A stretch of 64,000 bases of DNA from Octopus sinensis. Taxonomy: Eukaryota. The stretch is taken from assembly GCF_006345805.1 (NCBI RefSeq), contig NC_043017.1:16244001-16308000 (forward strand), in the 5' to 3' direction. The notes below the pieces were generated by a model. It worked only from the letters and a program-made list of their open reading frames with translations, had not been told where the DNA came from and searched no databases. The position numbers were made by a program, and so were the translations under genes. Positions 24,843 through 39,049 of the stretch are shown here, one piece after another (the first letter of the stretch is position 1; every line of letters begins with the position of its first letter).

Positions 24843-25470
24843 TCTTTCACTGGGAAGCTGAGAATCTGAATACCATAGAGGAAACATCCTGTTAATTTTC
24901 CAGGAGTTACAGGATGGTGAGGTTTACCATTCTTTTTGATGGTTCTGTCTTTGGTCCCATTTATTTGAACTTACTGTGACGGTCTGTCTTGCCAAAATTG
25001 CAAGAAGACTTTGAAGATGTGAAGTTTTATTTCCAGCAATATGAGGTGCTTTACATTACTGTAAGGACCTTCCTCAATGAGATGGTACGAAATAGGTTAA
25101 TTGTATGAACAGGCTCCGTAGAATACCTTCCAAGTTTATCGCACTACACACAATTAGACTTTTTTAATCATAATACTTACAAAACCAAGTTTACGGCAGA
25201 AAACCAGCAAAAGTTGACGAAGTGAGGGCAGCCATTGAACAAAAATGCGCACAAACACCAAATGAAATGTTTCTTGATGTTTGTGATTCCACTTCTTCGA
25301 ATTACCAGCAATGCCTGGATCAGACAGAACAGGCATTTCGTTGAAAACGCATTCAGAAAAAAATAAATCAAATTCTGTCAATAGATTCCATTTAATTTTG
25401 AAAATGAAATGTCTTTTAGTAAACACTGACTTTATAATCATCCAATATCAAGACGTATTCTTTTGGAACG
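24230..25470 (+). mobile_element. Decayed Tc1/mariner-superfamily transposase, split by a (CA)/(CT) microsatellite
   Basis: Fragments [47 protein letters not shown] (PRSPDLTPLDFF-type), YLQNQVYGRKPAKVDEVRAAIEQKCAQTPNEMFLDVCDS; many stops and frameshifts; TIRs not resolved. Confidence 0.85.
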
Positions 25471-25519
25471 CCTTCTACACACACACAACATACACACACT
25501 CACATACATACCCAAAATA

Positions 25520-25985
<466 letters not shown>

Positions 25986-26369
25986 CATGCACATGCATAT
26001 AACAGCTACCCCTTACACACACACACATACACTAGACTAACAAACTGTATGTTTTTATTATTTACTTCCGGTGTCTAACGAGTTCCGGTATCAACTAAGG
26101 CACCCCTATCAGATAAGCTAACCTAACTCACCTCAGCCCCCCTCCTTGCATCACCGAGATACTACCTAACCTCCATATGAAGAATTTGACGAATCTTGGT
26201 GCCAATATTTCCTGGTCGTCCTGTTTGATCCGTCAAAGATAAAATATGGTATCAAATGATGAAATATATTTAAAGACAAGCGTCCTGCCTCAAAGACCCT
26301 CTCTCAAACTGAATTCTTGAAGAAATTATCTTTTTAAAATCTCTCTATATCTTTTCCTCTGCCTTGTAC

Positions 26370-26520
26370 TTGTTACAGTCATTCGATTGCGGCCATGCTG
26401 TTGCACTGCCTTCAAGAATTCACTCAAACGAATTGCCTCCCAAAGTACTTTTCTTTTGTCAGTCTGCCATTTATTCTACTGTTTCTCTTCTGCCGAACCG
26501 GATGAACGACAATGTTCGTT
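26370..26520 (-). mobile_element. SINE family B, diverged 3' half
   Basis: cagtcattcgattgcggccatgctg..gcactgcc...ctgccgaacc matches the reverse complement of 49270-49390. Confidence 0.65.
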
Positions 26521-26799
26521 TGTTGCGCACTATCGGGGGCGGTTCCAGTTTGGAGAGTATTTAGTTGTGTTTGAGGCAAAGTTGTGGTGTGCAGCATGTG
26601 TGTGTGTGTGGTGTGTGTGTGTGTGTGTGTGTGGTACAAGAGAAGGAGAGAGATCTGATCTTTCAGTAGTGGTGTTATAAAAAAGGGAAAACCCCAATAC
26701 ACATCAATTCTGCATTTAATCTCCTTTAAAAACACTTCGTCCTCCTCGAAACAAAGAGATTCTGCACAGCTGAAACCTGGTTTTCTTTTGAGACGACCA

Positions 26800-26962
26800 C
26801 ACTCGACACACTTTACTTCCAAGCACTTATAAAAGCAACAGGAGTAATCGAGAATGCTATAGCTTAGTGTGCATGCGCGACAGAGTTCAAGGTCAATCTG
26901 CGGCAAGCTTCACTCTTCGTTGCCATAGCAACAGTCCCGATACTTTTTGATCAGACCTCGTA
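26800..26962 (-). mobile_element. One-ended fragment of the same mariner family as 18441-18613
   Basis: Reverse strand tacgaggtctgatcaaaaagtatcgggactgttgctatggcaacgaag...gaccttgaactctgtcgcgcatgcacactaag aligns to the MITE 5' end. Confidence 0.8.
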
Positions 26963-27277
26963 TGTGAACGTCTGCACGTGTTACACACAAACAAACGGAC
27001 AGCGGAAGCTTAAACCGTCCAAAATGTTGCTTTGTTTCGTGATAACCTCGTCCGCATTGCAGTGGTGTGCAATGTAAAGCAGTCTGGCGCAGTGTAAATG
27101 CAGTGTTAAATGCAGTGTTAAATGCAGTGTTAAAGGTAGTGTTATGTGAATTCAGATTGAGATATGCAGATGTAATGTAGTTCGTTGGTGCCTGTGTGTC
27201 TGTGTGTCTCGAATAATCATCATCATCATCATCATCATCATTATTAACACCATTGTCGTTGTGGTTGTCATCATATC

Positions 27278-27311
<34 letters not shown>

Positions 27312-28169
27312 TCATCATTATTTTTATCATTGTCGTCGTCTCATTGCAGTCACTCGGCAGGGATGGAGCTAGAATAGCTCTCGCCACTTTCCCTGTCGTG
27401 GAACTCTGTGTCAGTTTGTGTGTGTGTGTGCGCGTGTGTGTGCGCGCGTGTGTGTGTGTGTGTGTGGTGTGTGTGTGTGTGTGTGTGCGTGTGTGTGCGT
27501 GCGTGACCTTGGTGGCCTCTGAACCTAGGTACAGTGGGAAGCAAAGAACATAAAAAATAAATTAACAGCAACAACAACAACAACAACAACAACAATAACA
27601 AATAATAGCTAGCAACAACAACAATAATGATGATGGTGACGATGATGATGATGGTGATAATAATGAAGAGCAATGAATGTAAAATAAATTAATGGAGTTT
27701 ATTCAAATCACCGACCTCCCGTCTAACGCTCCCCCTCCATTTCTGACCTTGCTACACAATATTTGCATAAAAGCTCGAAACACCCGCTTTATAAAATCGA
27801 TAAATATTGATTAAGATCAATTGAATGAAGGAGAAAGAAACGAAAGGGGGAAAAAATAGTCATCTATTTAGTCATATGTTTCAGTGCTTGAGTGTTTTGC
27901 TGGATAGAAGGGTAGGTGGGGGGAGCATCATTAGATATATGACTTTTGAAGTGTGTTGGGTTTAAATGGAACGGTAACTTGGGGGAGCATCAACGGAGGT
28001 GAATTGTGTTAACTTAAAGAGAAGTGAAGGTGGCGGGAGCAGCAACAATTGTGGAGTGTGTTACATTAAAAAGAACGGTAGACATCGAGTAGAACAATGA
28101 ATATTTCAGGAAGTGAATGGAGTTGAATTAAACAAAAATACTACAAAAATATCTCATAAAAACAATAGA

Positions 28170-30010
28170 AAACTAATCCCTGCGTCTTCTCCGCCCTTTA
28201 ATCTTGGGAGTGTCGTAGGGGTAGAGTCCTCAACCACCTCCTCCATTCGGTCCTACTAGAAGCAACCATCATTACACTTTCTGACCAGATTCCCAAGAGT
28301 GACCAATTGAGACAATGGACATTATCCAAACATCTCAGTCTTGGTCTCCTACCAGTTGGCTTGACTTAAAGAATCTGTCACGTGATATTCTTCCCTGTGA
28401 CATTCTAACCACATCTCTGTGGTACCAGAGGTGTGATCTCTCAATGCGGAGAAGTAGCGGTTCGACTTGGAGCGAATCCCTAATCTCCAAGTTACTCACC
28501 CCATCAAGTAACATTACTCCAGCTATTCTCCAGAGGAGCCCCATTTCAGCCCCTTGTATTCGTGGTTGAATGACATTTGGTCATTACCCAACATTTATGA
28601 CCAAAAGTGAGGTGAGGCACGAAAACCGAATTGAAGACAACGGGTTTGGCTTTTTTAGCAATCTCTCCTCTTCTAATGATTGAATACTAAAGCTGGTGCA
28701 TTACTGTGCCAGCCCCTGCAATTATAGCACCCAATTCAGCCCTCCATTACTTGGGAATGCGGCCCCAAGATACCTAAACTCCTCTACCTGTCTGAGTGAT
28801 GTTCCACTGGCATGTCGAGTGCACTGGAGTGACATTCTTAAGAGAACCGGATGTCTCAGTGTTTGCAACATCAGTTCTCATCCCTACCTTGTAACCCTGG
28901 GCGGTGAACCGATTCACCGCAAGCTGGAACTCACCTTCGGATGATCAAAGTAACACCACGTGTTTCAATAGATATCAACCAACTGGTCTTACACTCCCCA
29001 ACGTCCCACTGATTGCGATACCACTTCCACAACGGCTGTGCATGTCCATCCAGTTTATAAAAGTTATGAAAAAAAGGGAAATGACCCCTGTTGAAATTCA
29101 ACACTCACATTGAAAAGTTTCGACTTGGCATCATTTACTCGAACACATCTGGACTTTCGTATAGGGACTTCGCAGCATCCAGAAGCTGCTCATTTATCCC
29201 AAATTCCTGCAAAACCCGTCACGGTAAATCTTGCGGCACGCGGTCAAACGCCTCTTCAAAGTTTTCAAAGCAAGCGTACACATCTTTGCAATATTCTGGC
29301 AATTTCTCGAAGACCTGTCGTAGAATGAATATCTGGTCAGTTGTGCCGCGTCCAGGACGGAAGTAGCGTTGATGGCTTAACTTTGAACGTTTCCGCTGTC
29401 TTTTCGCGCCTCATTATACCGTATGGAGACTTATTTCCAAGCCTTTATAAACCATCTTCTTTGCTGGGATGGCATTTTTAACTTCCTGGTGAAACCAGGG
29501 AGTTCTTTTATTATTCGGTGCCACACAAAGCCATTTCCGTCCAGACTATAATACAACCAAAGAAGAAACTACCGAACAAAACAATCTCCACTCCGTATCG
29601 ACGTGTTCTGTGTGTTTAGGAAGGTCTCTGGATTTGGATGCGATTAGGGCCAGCATATTTGTTTCTGATCTCTTCAGCTGCCGGGGCTTTAACCTGTAAG
29701 TTGCAACGGACTTACCATCTTTGAGAGTTCTCCCTGTTGTAGATAATCCAAGGTTGCAGACAAGTAGGTGGTTGATCAGGGGATAGGTCAGCTGCTCTCT
29801 TTACACGAAAATCCAGTACAGATTAAAAAACAAAAAAAGTCCGAGATAATAAAATCTATTTTGCCAGAGCAATACGAATGCCAGCTTGGTGCCTGACACG
29901 AATAAGACCGCCAAAATCTGCAATAGGAAACGGGTTTGAAAGAATAACCATAGCACATCGCCCGTTGCACGGGTTAACAAGGGACGAATTAGGGTCTTTG
30001 GTAGAAGGAT
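28170..30010 (-). mobile_element. RTE-clade LINE, decayed (endonuclease fragment, RT domain, 3' end)
   Basis: VKRAADLS...LLVCNL (APE), FRPGRGTTDQIFILRQVFEK...AFDRVP (RT), LWRIAGVMLLDGVSNLEIRDSLQVEPLLLRIERS (C-terminal). Confidence 0.9.
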
Positions 30011-30324
30011 CCGTTCGAAAAATATATCAGCCTAAAGAGAAGAGTATAAACAACGATAAACCTGCAACATGTTCTGGGAGGTGTGGGACAGGAGCACTAA
30101 AGAATCATGTTCCTGTGTCCCAAGGCAGATCCAGGAAGGAACAACAAGTAATGCAAATTAGTACAAAACAAAAACAAAGAAAAAAAGCAATTTTCTGCCT
30201 TCAAGGAAACCATTAAATATAAAACAGAAGCGGAAAATGCCAGAGAAACTGGGGGGGGAGGAAGAAACAACGGCAGAAATTGGGAGAAAACCTTTTAAAA
30301 CCAAAAATTTAAATATTTTGATAA

Positions 30325-30495
30325 AGCTGAGGAGGGGGGAGGGGAGGTAGGAGGAGGGGAGGGGAGAGGAGGAGGAGGAGGGGGAGGAGGAGGAGGAGGA
30401 GGAGGAGGAGGGGGGAGGGGAGGGGGAGGGGAGGGGATGGGGAGGGGGGGAGGAGGATGGGGGGAGGGGAGGGGGAGGGGAGGAGGGGGGGGAAG
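30325..30495. repeat. Polypurine (GGA)n/G-run tract
   Basis: Almost pure G/A for ~170 bp. Confidence 0.9.
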
Positions 30496-31911
30496 GGGGT
30501 ACTACTCAAAATAAAAATACCTGAACAAACATGAATGACTTCAAGCATTGAAAATCGAAATAAATAAAAAGGAAAAAGATAGAAAGATAGATTCTCTTAT
30601 TATCCAGCATTATCATCATGGTGATCATCATCATCACCATCACCATCGGTATTACTACCAACCTACGTCCCCCCTGTCAGCAGGTTCAATTCCAAGGATC
30701 GCCATCTCAGTCTTTCTTCTGCTCTCTTGATATACATTACCCTTTCATTTTCATTCTATTCATTTCTTTATTCTATCGAATTCTTTATATTATCCAGTCA
30801 CACAACTCTCTCCTCTCTCTCTTCTCTCTCTCTCTCTCCTCTCTCTCGATATATATATAATATATATATATATATTATATATATATATATATATAATATA
30901 TCACTATCCTTATCTCTATCTATCTATCTTTCTATCTATCTATCTATCTATATAGATATATATTTTTTTATTTATTTTATTTTATAGAAGGAGCTTCTAC
31001 AGGACTAGAACTGTTTCATTCAAAAGAAATCATCAGGAGCTAGTAGACAAGAGTTGTTTTTGGCATTTATACATTTAGGCAGGTTTAAATGGGTGGTGGT
31101 GGGGGACTTTTTTAGGGGGTAGGCATGGCGCAAAAACGTCATTATTAGGGGAGTGGTCAAAGGAATCGGTGGTAAATAGATAAAGTAAATAAAAGAATAA
31201 AGAATAAAAAAATATAATAGAAAAATAGAGTTTTAGGTAAGTAGGGAGACTCTCACTTGTACATCTACATATATATATATACACTAATATACACCCGCAT
31301 ATTCACATATATTATACATATACATACATACCCACATATACATACATATATATATATACCTACACATACACATACACATATTATACATATATATACACAT
31401 ACATACACATACCCATGTACGTACACACAGATACACATATAATACATATACATACATATATGTGGTGTATACCCACTCACACACATTTTATTCTCTATTT
31501 TAATTTTATTATTGTACTACTTTTGTATTATCTTTATTTTTATCTTGACCGGTCAGCGCGGTCTCAAGGATGATATAAAGATTCCGTTTATCTATCTACT
31601 TACTGGTACGAACGCAAGCACTCACGCCCCCACCCTCACACGTACACACCGCACGTGTTATATTCATACACGCATACATCTACATACATTCAACGTATAT
31701 TCACATACACGCATACACATACATACCTCAACACACCCACAGAAGACTAGTCCATACCTATACACTATTAATATATATACACATATACATATACACATAC
31801 ATACACATACATACATATACATACACATATACATATATATATATACATATATATTCATATACATATACATACACTATACATTCATACATATATACACATA
31901 CACACATACAT

Positions 31912-31952
<41 letters not shown>

Positions 31953-32347
31953 TATATAACGGGAAGCTTTATGAAATATACACATATACATATATATATA
32001 CACATATATGCGTACACATACACACACACACACGCGCGCATCTATATATACACATAAGTACTACATGCATAAAATATGCATAAATGTATACATAGTCTAT
32101 ACATATGCATACACATCCACACACACACGCGCGCACCCCTTATGTTCATAAAAACATACATGCATACGGGCACATACATATATACATACATGCATACTCA
32201 AATAATAATAATATAATAATAATATAATAATAATAATAATATAATAAATAATAAATTATATACGTGCAGTTACCCATTATACAAACGATACATACATATA
32301 AACATATATATATATATATATCTGTCTATCTATCTCCCTCCGCTTTT

Positions 32348-32397
<50 letters not shown>

Positions 32398-32645
32398 CAC
32401 CCACATAATTCTGTCTTTTATTCGCAGTCATATTATTGTTATTATTACCATCCAGCCCCTCCCTGCGCCAATTTAATTCCTAATAAAGACCCTCACTCCC
32501 TCATTATCACCAAAACTTGTCATTCCCCAATCCTCGCTAATTTGCAGCCATAACTATCCAAACCGTCAACTCGCCCTTTTCTCGCAATTTTATAAAACAA
32601 CCGTTCACCATATATTTGTGTGTGTGTGTGTGTGTGTGTGTGTTG

Positions 32646-32678
<33 letters not shown>

Positions 32679-32714
32679 CTGTGTGTGTGTGTGTTATTAT
32701 GTACGTGTTATCCT

Positions 32715-32870
32715 CCAGGTTCAGCCTGATCCGGCAGACTTGTGATCAAAGGACTTACAGCAACGACCATCTCGTTTTTACATGGAAAAACCAAGGACTG
32801 CATTGTCAAATGTCTTTTCTAAGGTGGTAGGGTATGATTTGAGGGTGATTTGACTGCTATTTCAAAACAG
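32715..32870 (+). repeat. Family E interspersed repeat
   Basis: Matches the 8060-8215 and 34098-34165 copies. Confidence 0.55.
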
Positions 32871-32939
32871 TTACACAGACTCTTTCCTGATATCGTAGTA
32901 GTGGTGGTGTAAAAGGAGTGGGAGGGGGAGTGGCGAATG

Positions 32940-33260
32940 TATAGGGTGGTGGTGGTGGTGGTGGTGGTGGTGGTGGTGTTTTGGTGGTGGTGGTGGTGGT
33001 GGTTTTGGTGGTGGTTTTGGTGGTGGTGGTGGTGGTGGTGGTGGTGGTGGTGGTAGTAGTGGTGGTGGCAGGGTGGTGTTGGTTTTGGTGGTGGTGGCGG
33101 TGGTGGTGGTGGTGGTGTTGGTAGTATGGTGGTGGCAGTGGGGTGGTGGTGGCGGTGGTGGTGGTGGTGGCGGTGGTGGTGGTGGTGGTGGTGGTGGTAG
33201 TGGTGGTGGTGGTGGTGGTGGTGGTGGTTGTGTGGTGGTGGTGGTGGTGGCGGTTGTGGT
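32940..33260. repeat. (GGT)n array
   Basis: Direct reading. Confidence 0.95.
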
Positions 33261-33971
33261 GGCGATGGTGTAACAGTAGCAAAAGCGACAGAGGTAATTA
33301 AATGAGAGGATGCGCGCGTGCGTGTGTTTAATGTGCACGGATGTGCATCTCTGTGCATTATGAGTATGCGTGCATATACGTGCATGTATGTGTATATATG
33401 TGCACGTGTATGTGTATACATGTGTGTAACGTAAATTCATATATATGTGTACGTATATGTGTACGTACGTGCATGTGTTGCATGTAATGTATATGTGTGT
33501 GTGTGTATGTGTGTGTGTGTGTGTGTGTACAAGGTGTACATGGATGTATGTGAACGCATGTATGTGTATGTACGTGTGCAAGCTTGTATGCGTGTGTGTG
33601 TGTGTGTGTGTGTGTGTATGCAATATGTGATGGGGAGGCCTTCAGAAATAAAGTGTAATGAAGGGGAGGGGAGAAGAAGAAGGTGGAGGAGGACGAGGAG
33701 GAGGGAGAGGGTGTAGTTATTAAGGGCCACGTGTCTTGACGTCTCTCGAGGACAGCAGTAACAGACCTTTTGTTAAGGGGTTTTGTTATCCCTCTTTACA
33801 ACCCTCCCCCACCACCACATATATTATAGCCCCCTCCTCTATTCAACTAACAGCACTGGTGGTGGGTGGCGGTGGGAGGTACAGCGAGAAGGGGACAAGT
33901 GACGTTCAACACACCTCTGGGTGTTTGTGTGCGTTAATATGTATATATATATATATGTGTGTGTGTGTGTA

Positions 33972-34003
<32 letters not shown>

Positions 34004-34646
34004 AATGCGTGTTAATATGTACTGTTTCATGTGTGCATATATGTGTGTGCGTCTGCATCTATGTGTGTGTGTGTGTGTGTGAAAATCGCCAGTTGCTCAC
34101 ACAGTTTAGCCCCAGGTCACCTAGCTGATCAGATTTGTGAACAAAGGCTTTCCAAATGTGACCATTCCATCTCTCTCCGTCTCTCTCTCTGTCTCTCTCT
34201 CTCTCCGTCTCTCTCTCTCTCTCTCTCTCCTCGTCTCTCTCTCCGTCTCTCTCTCTCTCTCTCGGATGCTAAGCTTTGATTCCAGCGAAATGTGGCTGTT
34301 ATTTCTAACCACGGGCTGGTCTTGCCGAGGCCAACAATACCAAAGTCTTGAGGGATTATTCCGTCTTGTCAACTGCCTCTCACGGATTAGTTTTAGTAAC
34401 AGAGAATTCAAGAGGGAGGCGGCGACGGCTGGAGGCGGGTTTAGGAGTGATTTTTAGGTTACACATCTATATATATATATATCTATCTATATATTACAAC
34501 ACATATATCTATCTATTATATTCGTATATATATATATATATATATATAAGAGAGAGAGAGAGAGAGGAGAGAGAGAGAATAGAGATAGATAGATAGATGC
34601 ACACACACACCACACAGATATATATGGATATATAATGTGTGTGTAT

Positions 34647-34678
<32 letters not shown>

Positions 34679-35624
34679 GTGTGTATATGTATGCACACTT
34701 GCGAAAGCTGTGAGTGAGAGAGAAAAAGAGAGAGAGGGGCGACGGGAAGAGACCGTGCCACGTATGTCTTTGGTATGTGTGTGTGCATGTGTTGTGTGTG
34801 TGTGTTTGTGTGTGTGTAGCTGTCTAAAGGTATGACTGATGAAGTACCGGCTGATGACATAGTCACTTAAGAATGACTGTAGCCTCCCCCATCACCATCA
34901 CTAGCGCCGGCACTACCTCCGTCTGCATCTTAGCCGCTGCCGTTGCGGAGCTGAAGGAGGCACAATGAAATAAGGAGTCTGTAGAAGAGGAGGAGGAGTG
35001 GGGAGGAGAATAGAATAAGGAGCCGTGGCAATGAAGAACGATTTCATGTGAGCACTCGATGCCACAGAATGTCCCCTCCCACCCCACCCGTCACCACCCC
35101 CACCGCTTCTTCCATTCTTTCCCCTATAATTTCTGTATCACTGGTCACGTGAAACCCCTCGCTTACACACATCTCTTACGCCCCCCCCCCCTTCCACCGA
35201 CCTACGCCTTACTTTCACTTTCGGTTTCGTCTTGTTTTTAGCAATCCTCTCCTTTTCTTAATCCCACTTCCTTTTCACCGTCAATTAAACTCCCTCCCTC
35301 CCTCACTCTCTCTCCCTCCTCTCTCTCTCTCTTTCACTCTCTTTCTCTCTCCCTCTCTCTCTCTCTCTCTTTCCTTTGGTCCTTAGAATTCCCAACTGCT
35401 GACAGACAACTTTTCGATTATCTTCTTGTTATTGAATCTGTTGCTGTGGTTGCAGTTGTGGTTATCATTATTGATGTTGCTGTTGCTATTGTTGTTCTTG
35501 TTGTTATCGTTGTTGTTGTAATAGTAATTCTTATTATTAGTGATGTTGTTGCTAATGAGCTTGTTGCTAACTATTGTTGTGGTAGTTGTGATCGTTGCAG
35601 TTGACGTTGTTGCTGTAGTTATCG

Positions 35625-35656
<32 letters not shown>

Positions 35657-35714
35657 ACCACATCTGTTGCTGTTGTTGCTATCGTCGTTATTGTATTAGT
35701 GATATTGTTCCATT

Positions 35715-35870
35715 TTTACGTTCCGAGTTCAAATTCCGCCGAGGTCGACTTTGCCTTTCATCTTTTCAGGATCAATAAAAACAAAAGTGTACCAGTGGCG
35801 CACTGGGGGCCGATGTAATCGACTTACTCCCCGCCTCCCGAAATTGCTGGCCTTCTGCCGAAATTTAAAA
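35715..35870 (+). mobile_element. 5'-truncated SINE A
   Basis: acgttccgagttcaaattccgccgaggtcgactttgcctttcatc...gaaattgctggcctt. Confidence 0.85.
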
Positions 35871-36405
35871 CAATTACTAGTGATGTTGCTAATGAGGTTG
35901 TTGCCAACTATCGCTGTGGTTGTTGTCGTTCTTCTTCTTACAGTTATCATTGTTGTTGCTATCGCTGTTCCTTTCGTTGTCGATGTTGTTGCAATAATAG
36001 CAAGTATTATTGATGTTGTTATTGTTAAAGAGGTTGTTGCGAAGTATTTTTGCTGTTGTTTACATTGTAATTGTTGTTATGGACGCTGTTGCTATTGTTG
36101 TTGTTGTAATTATCACTGCTGCTGCCGATGCTAATTTTCTTGCTATCGTTGTCGTTCTTTCTGTCGTCTCAGCAGCCATTCTTATTGCTAATTTTTGTTG
36201 CTAATGAGATTGTTGTTAATTACTGTTGATGCTTGTTGTTTTCGCATTTGTTCTTCAGGCGATGGCGCTAGTCCCGTTAGTGGTGCTGGTCGTTGTAGTA
36301 GTGGTGTTTGTGAGGGTCTTAGTGGTGTTGGTGCCAGTGGCAGTGATGACGAGTGTGCTGTTTGTGATGGCGATGGTAGTAGTAGTAGTAGTAGTAGTTG
36401 TTGTT

Positions 36406-36436
<31 letters not shown>

Positions 36437-37699
36437 CAGCAGCAGCAGCAGAAGCGGTAGTAGTAGTAGTAGTAGTAGTAGTAGTTGTTGTTGTTGTAGT
36501 AGTAGTAGTAGTAGTAGTAGCAGCAGCAGCAGCAGAAGCGGTAGTAGTGGTAGTAGTAGTAGTAGTAGTAGTAGTTGATGTAGTGCAGTGGTTGTAATGA
36601 ATGCGAGGTGGTAGTCGTGGCGGTAGGTGTGGAGTGGTGAAAGTGATGTGATCTTGGTGTTAGTGTTGCTGCTGTTGGCAGTGGCAAAGGTTGCGGTGGC
36701 GGTGGTAGTGGTGGTGATGGTGGCATTGGTAGTTGCAGCGGTTGCGGTGGTGGTGGTTGTGGTGGTGGTGGTGGTGGTGGTGGTGGTGGTTGTGGTGGTG
36801 GTGGCGTAGAGGTATTGCTTTCTTTAAGAAGCCGAGAAGGAAATGGCGATGCTATTTGTCAATTTATTTGTGTAATGCTAAAGAGAGGGGGGTGGGAAGT
36901 GGAAGAAGGAGAGGGAAGAGGTGAAGATGAGGGAGGGGAGGCGGAGGAGGAGGCGGATTAAATTGTTGCATTATGTGGGGAGAGAGAGGCAGAGAGGTAG
37001 GGGAGAGGAAATATATGAGTGGAGGGGGACAATAAAATGTAATAAATTGGGGGAGGGGGAGGACGGAGAGGTTGGTGGTTGAAAATCTAATTAGAAATCA
37101 CTATCAATAATAATAATTATTATTATCATTATTAGCATTGTTGTTGCTGTTGTTGTTATCTTTAAATTATTAATTTGTGAGGATTTTTAATCATTTTCCA
37201 CTCTGAATGGATTGAAATCTCTCTCTCTCTCTCCATCTCACTCTCTCTCTCTCTCCCTCTCTCTCTCTCCCTCTTTCTCTCTCTCCCTCTCTCTCTCTCC
37301 CTCTCTCTCTCTCTCCCTCTCTCTCCCTCTCTCTCCCTCTCTCTCCCTCTCTCTCGTACAGCCCCACCCCCGTTCCCCTACACACACACACACTGACAGA
37401 CACTCACGCTCACACGTGTGTGTATGTGTATATATATATATACGTATATTCTCATATTTGTTTCAGTCATTTGGCTGCGGTCATGCTGGAGCACTACCTT
37501 TAGTCGAACAAATCGACTCTAGGACTTATTCTTTGGAAGCTTAGTACTTATTCTATCGGCTTCTTTTGCCGAACCGCTAAGTTACGGGGACGTAAACACA
37601 CCAACATCAGTTGTGAAGTGATTGTGCGGAGACAAACAGACACACAAACACATACATACATACATACATACATACATACATACATACATACATACATAA

Positions 37700-37736
<37 letters not shown>

Positions 37737-37741
<5 letters not shown>

Positions 37742-37980
37742 GGAAGCTTTATGAAAATAGACAAAAGACGAGGCAGGTGGAATACAAACAAACAATTGTA
37801 TTAGTATGGCGCTCAGGAAATATAAATAAAACAAGTCTTTAACGTTTCGAGCCTACGCTCTTCAACAGAAAGATACACAGAGAAAAAACACAGAAAGAAC
37901 GAGAGAAAAAAAAAAGCGTGCAGAGGCTAGCGAATCAACATGGCGATCTGATTTCGCCCAGAAGTCAAAGATCAAATGTG
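37737..37980 (-). mobile_element. Penelope-like short element with hammerhead-like motif (37836-37873)
   Basis: Reverse complement of 255-500; begins at (TA)n-gggaagctttatgaaa. Confidence 0.7.
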
Positions 37981-38094
37981 AATGAAATGAATGTAAAAAA
38001 AAGGGATAATATATGAGAAAATAAAAATAAAACGAACGGGACAGTTTATGCGAACAAGTTCAAGGTTGAGAGTTATATAGTTAATCCAAACAAG

Positions 38095-38290
38095 AAAGCA
38101 CAAAAAAACACAACAACGCGAGGACGTGGAAGAAATATAGTATTATTGGACGCTCAGGAAAGAAGGAAAGAAGGAGGGTTTAACGTTTCGAGCGGAGCTC
38201 TTCGTCGGAAACATAGGAGAAGGAAAGATCCAGAGAAGGAAAGATCCAGAGAAGGGAAGACAGAGGGAAAAAAATGACCAACGGTACACA
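38095..38290 (-). mobile_element. Divergent Penelope-like unit with hammerhead-like motif (38178-38212)
   Basis: Reverse strand gttt|CCGACGA|a|GAGC tcc GCTC|GAAA|CGTT|aaac then ttcctgagcgtcc...ccacgtcct, shared with 51545-51650. Confidence 0.6.
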
Positions 38291-38736
38291 CGAGGTCACG
38301 ACAGGCTTCTTTCAGTTTCCGTCTACCAAATCCACCCACAAGCTAAATTTTAAACGATAAATTTCTAATCACATGAAATCTGCGACCTAATAAGTTGTTA
38401 GTTTACAGTCGAAAATTCCTAAACATCGTCCTCAAATAAGTCATTTCGTAATTCAAGACCGAAAATATACTTACTTTTCCTGAAGACACCCGACAATATA
38501 TCGTTTATTACATCTATAAAAGTTACAATTATTGATGATTCAAACATATTGTCGGATTGAAACATATGTAGAAATTGGATATTTTGGGGTTGTTTTATGA
38601 TACGGTTCCTTTTATGCTTGTTCTTATAAGTATATTTTTTATTCTTTTAATTTGCATTACTTTTCCATTGTGATATAAATAAAATTAACCAAGCATCTTT
38701 TATATATTTTTTTCTTCTCCATTCTTTATTTTGACT

Positions 38737-38769
<33 letters not shown>

Positions 38770-39049
38770 ATGGGCTTCGGCCGCCAGATCCATTAACAAG
38801 GCACTGGTCGGCCTGAGGCTTTAGAAGAAAACACTGAACCCGTGACCATGTGGCTGGGAAGTGGAATTTATTTGTATATTTGTCCTAATATTGTTGATTG
38901 TGACTTCGAATTTCGTCGGTGATTGTTAACTATCTTCATGCTACAGGATCGAGTGCCTCAGACATATGCACGTATGTATGTGTGCGTGACAACTCTGTGA
39001 CAGTGCACAGACTTGTGTCAAGTGGCCGCCGTAAGGAACCAGCATTCAG

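Larger units (their letters stand above)
37455..38345 (-). mobile_element. SINE B split at its internal microsatellite by two Penelope-like units
   Basis: 3' half at 37455-37660; 5'/CORE part ggcttctttcagtttccgtctaccaaatccac at 38305-38345. Confidence 0.75.

Noticed and set aside
31551-31603. Possible 49-nt plus-strand exon (RGLKDDIKIPFIYLLT)
   Set aside because: Weak donor (gtacga) and no supporting neighbouring exons or homology.
32715-32823. Apparent exon (ctccag|...ctaag|gtggta) reading FSLIRQTCDQRTYSNDHLVFTWK, superficially like a Cys-loop receptor segment
   Set aside because: The DNA matches interspersed repeat family E, present at four other places in the window.
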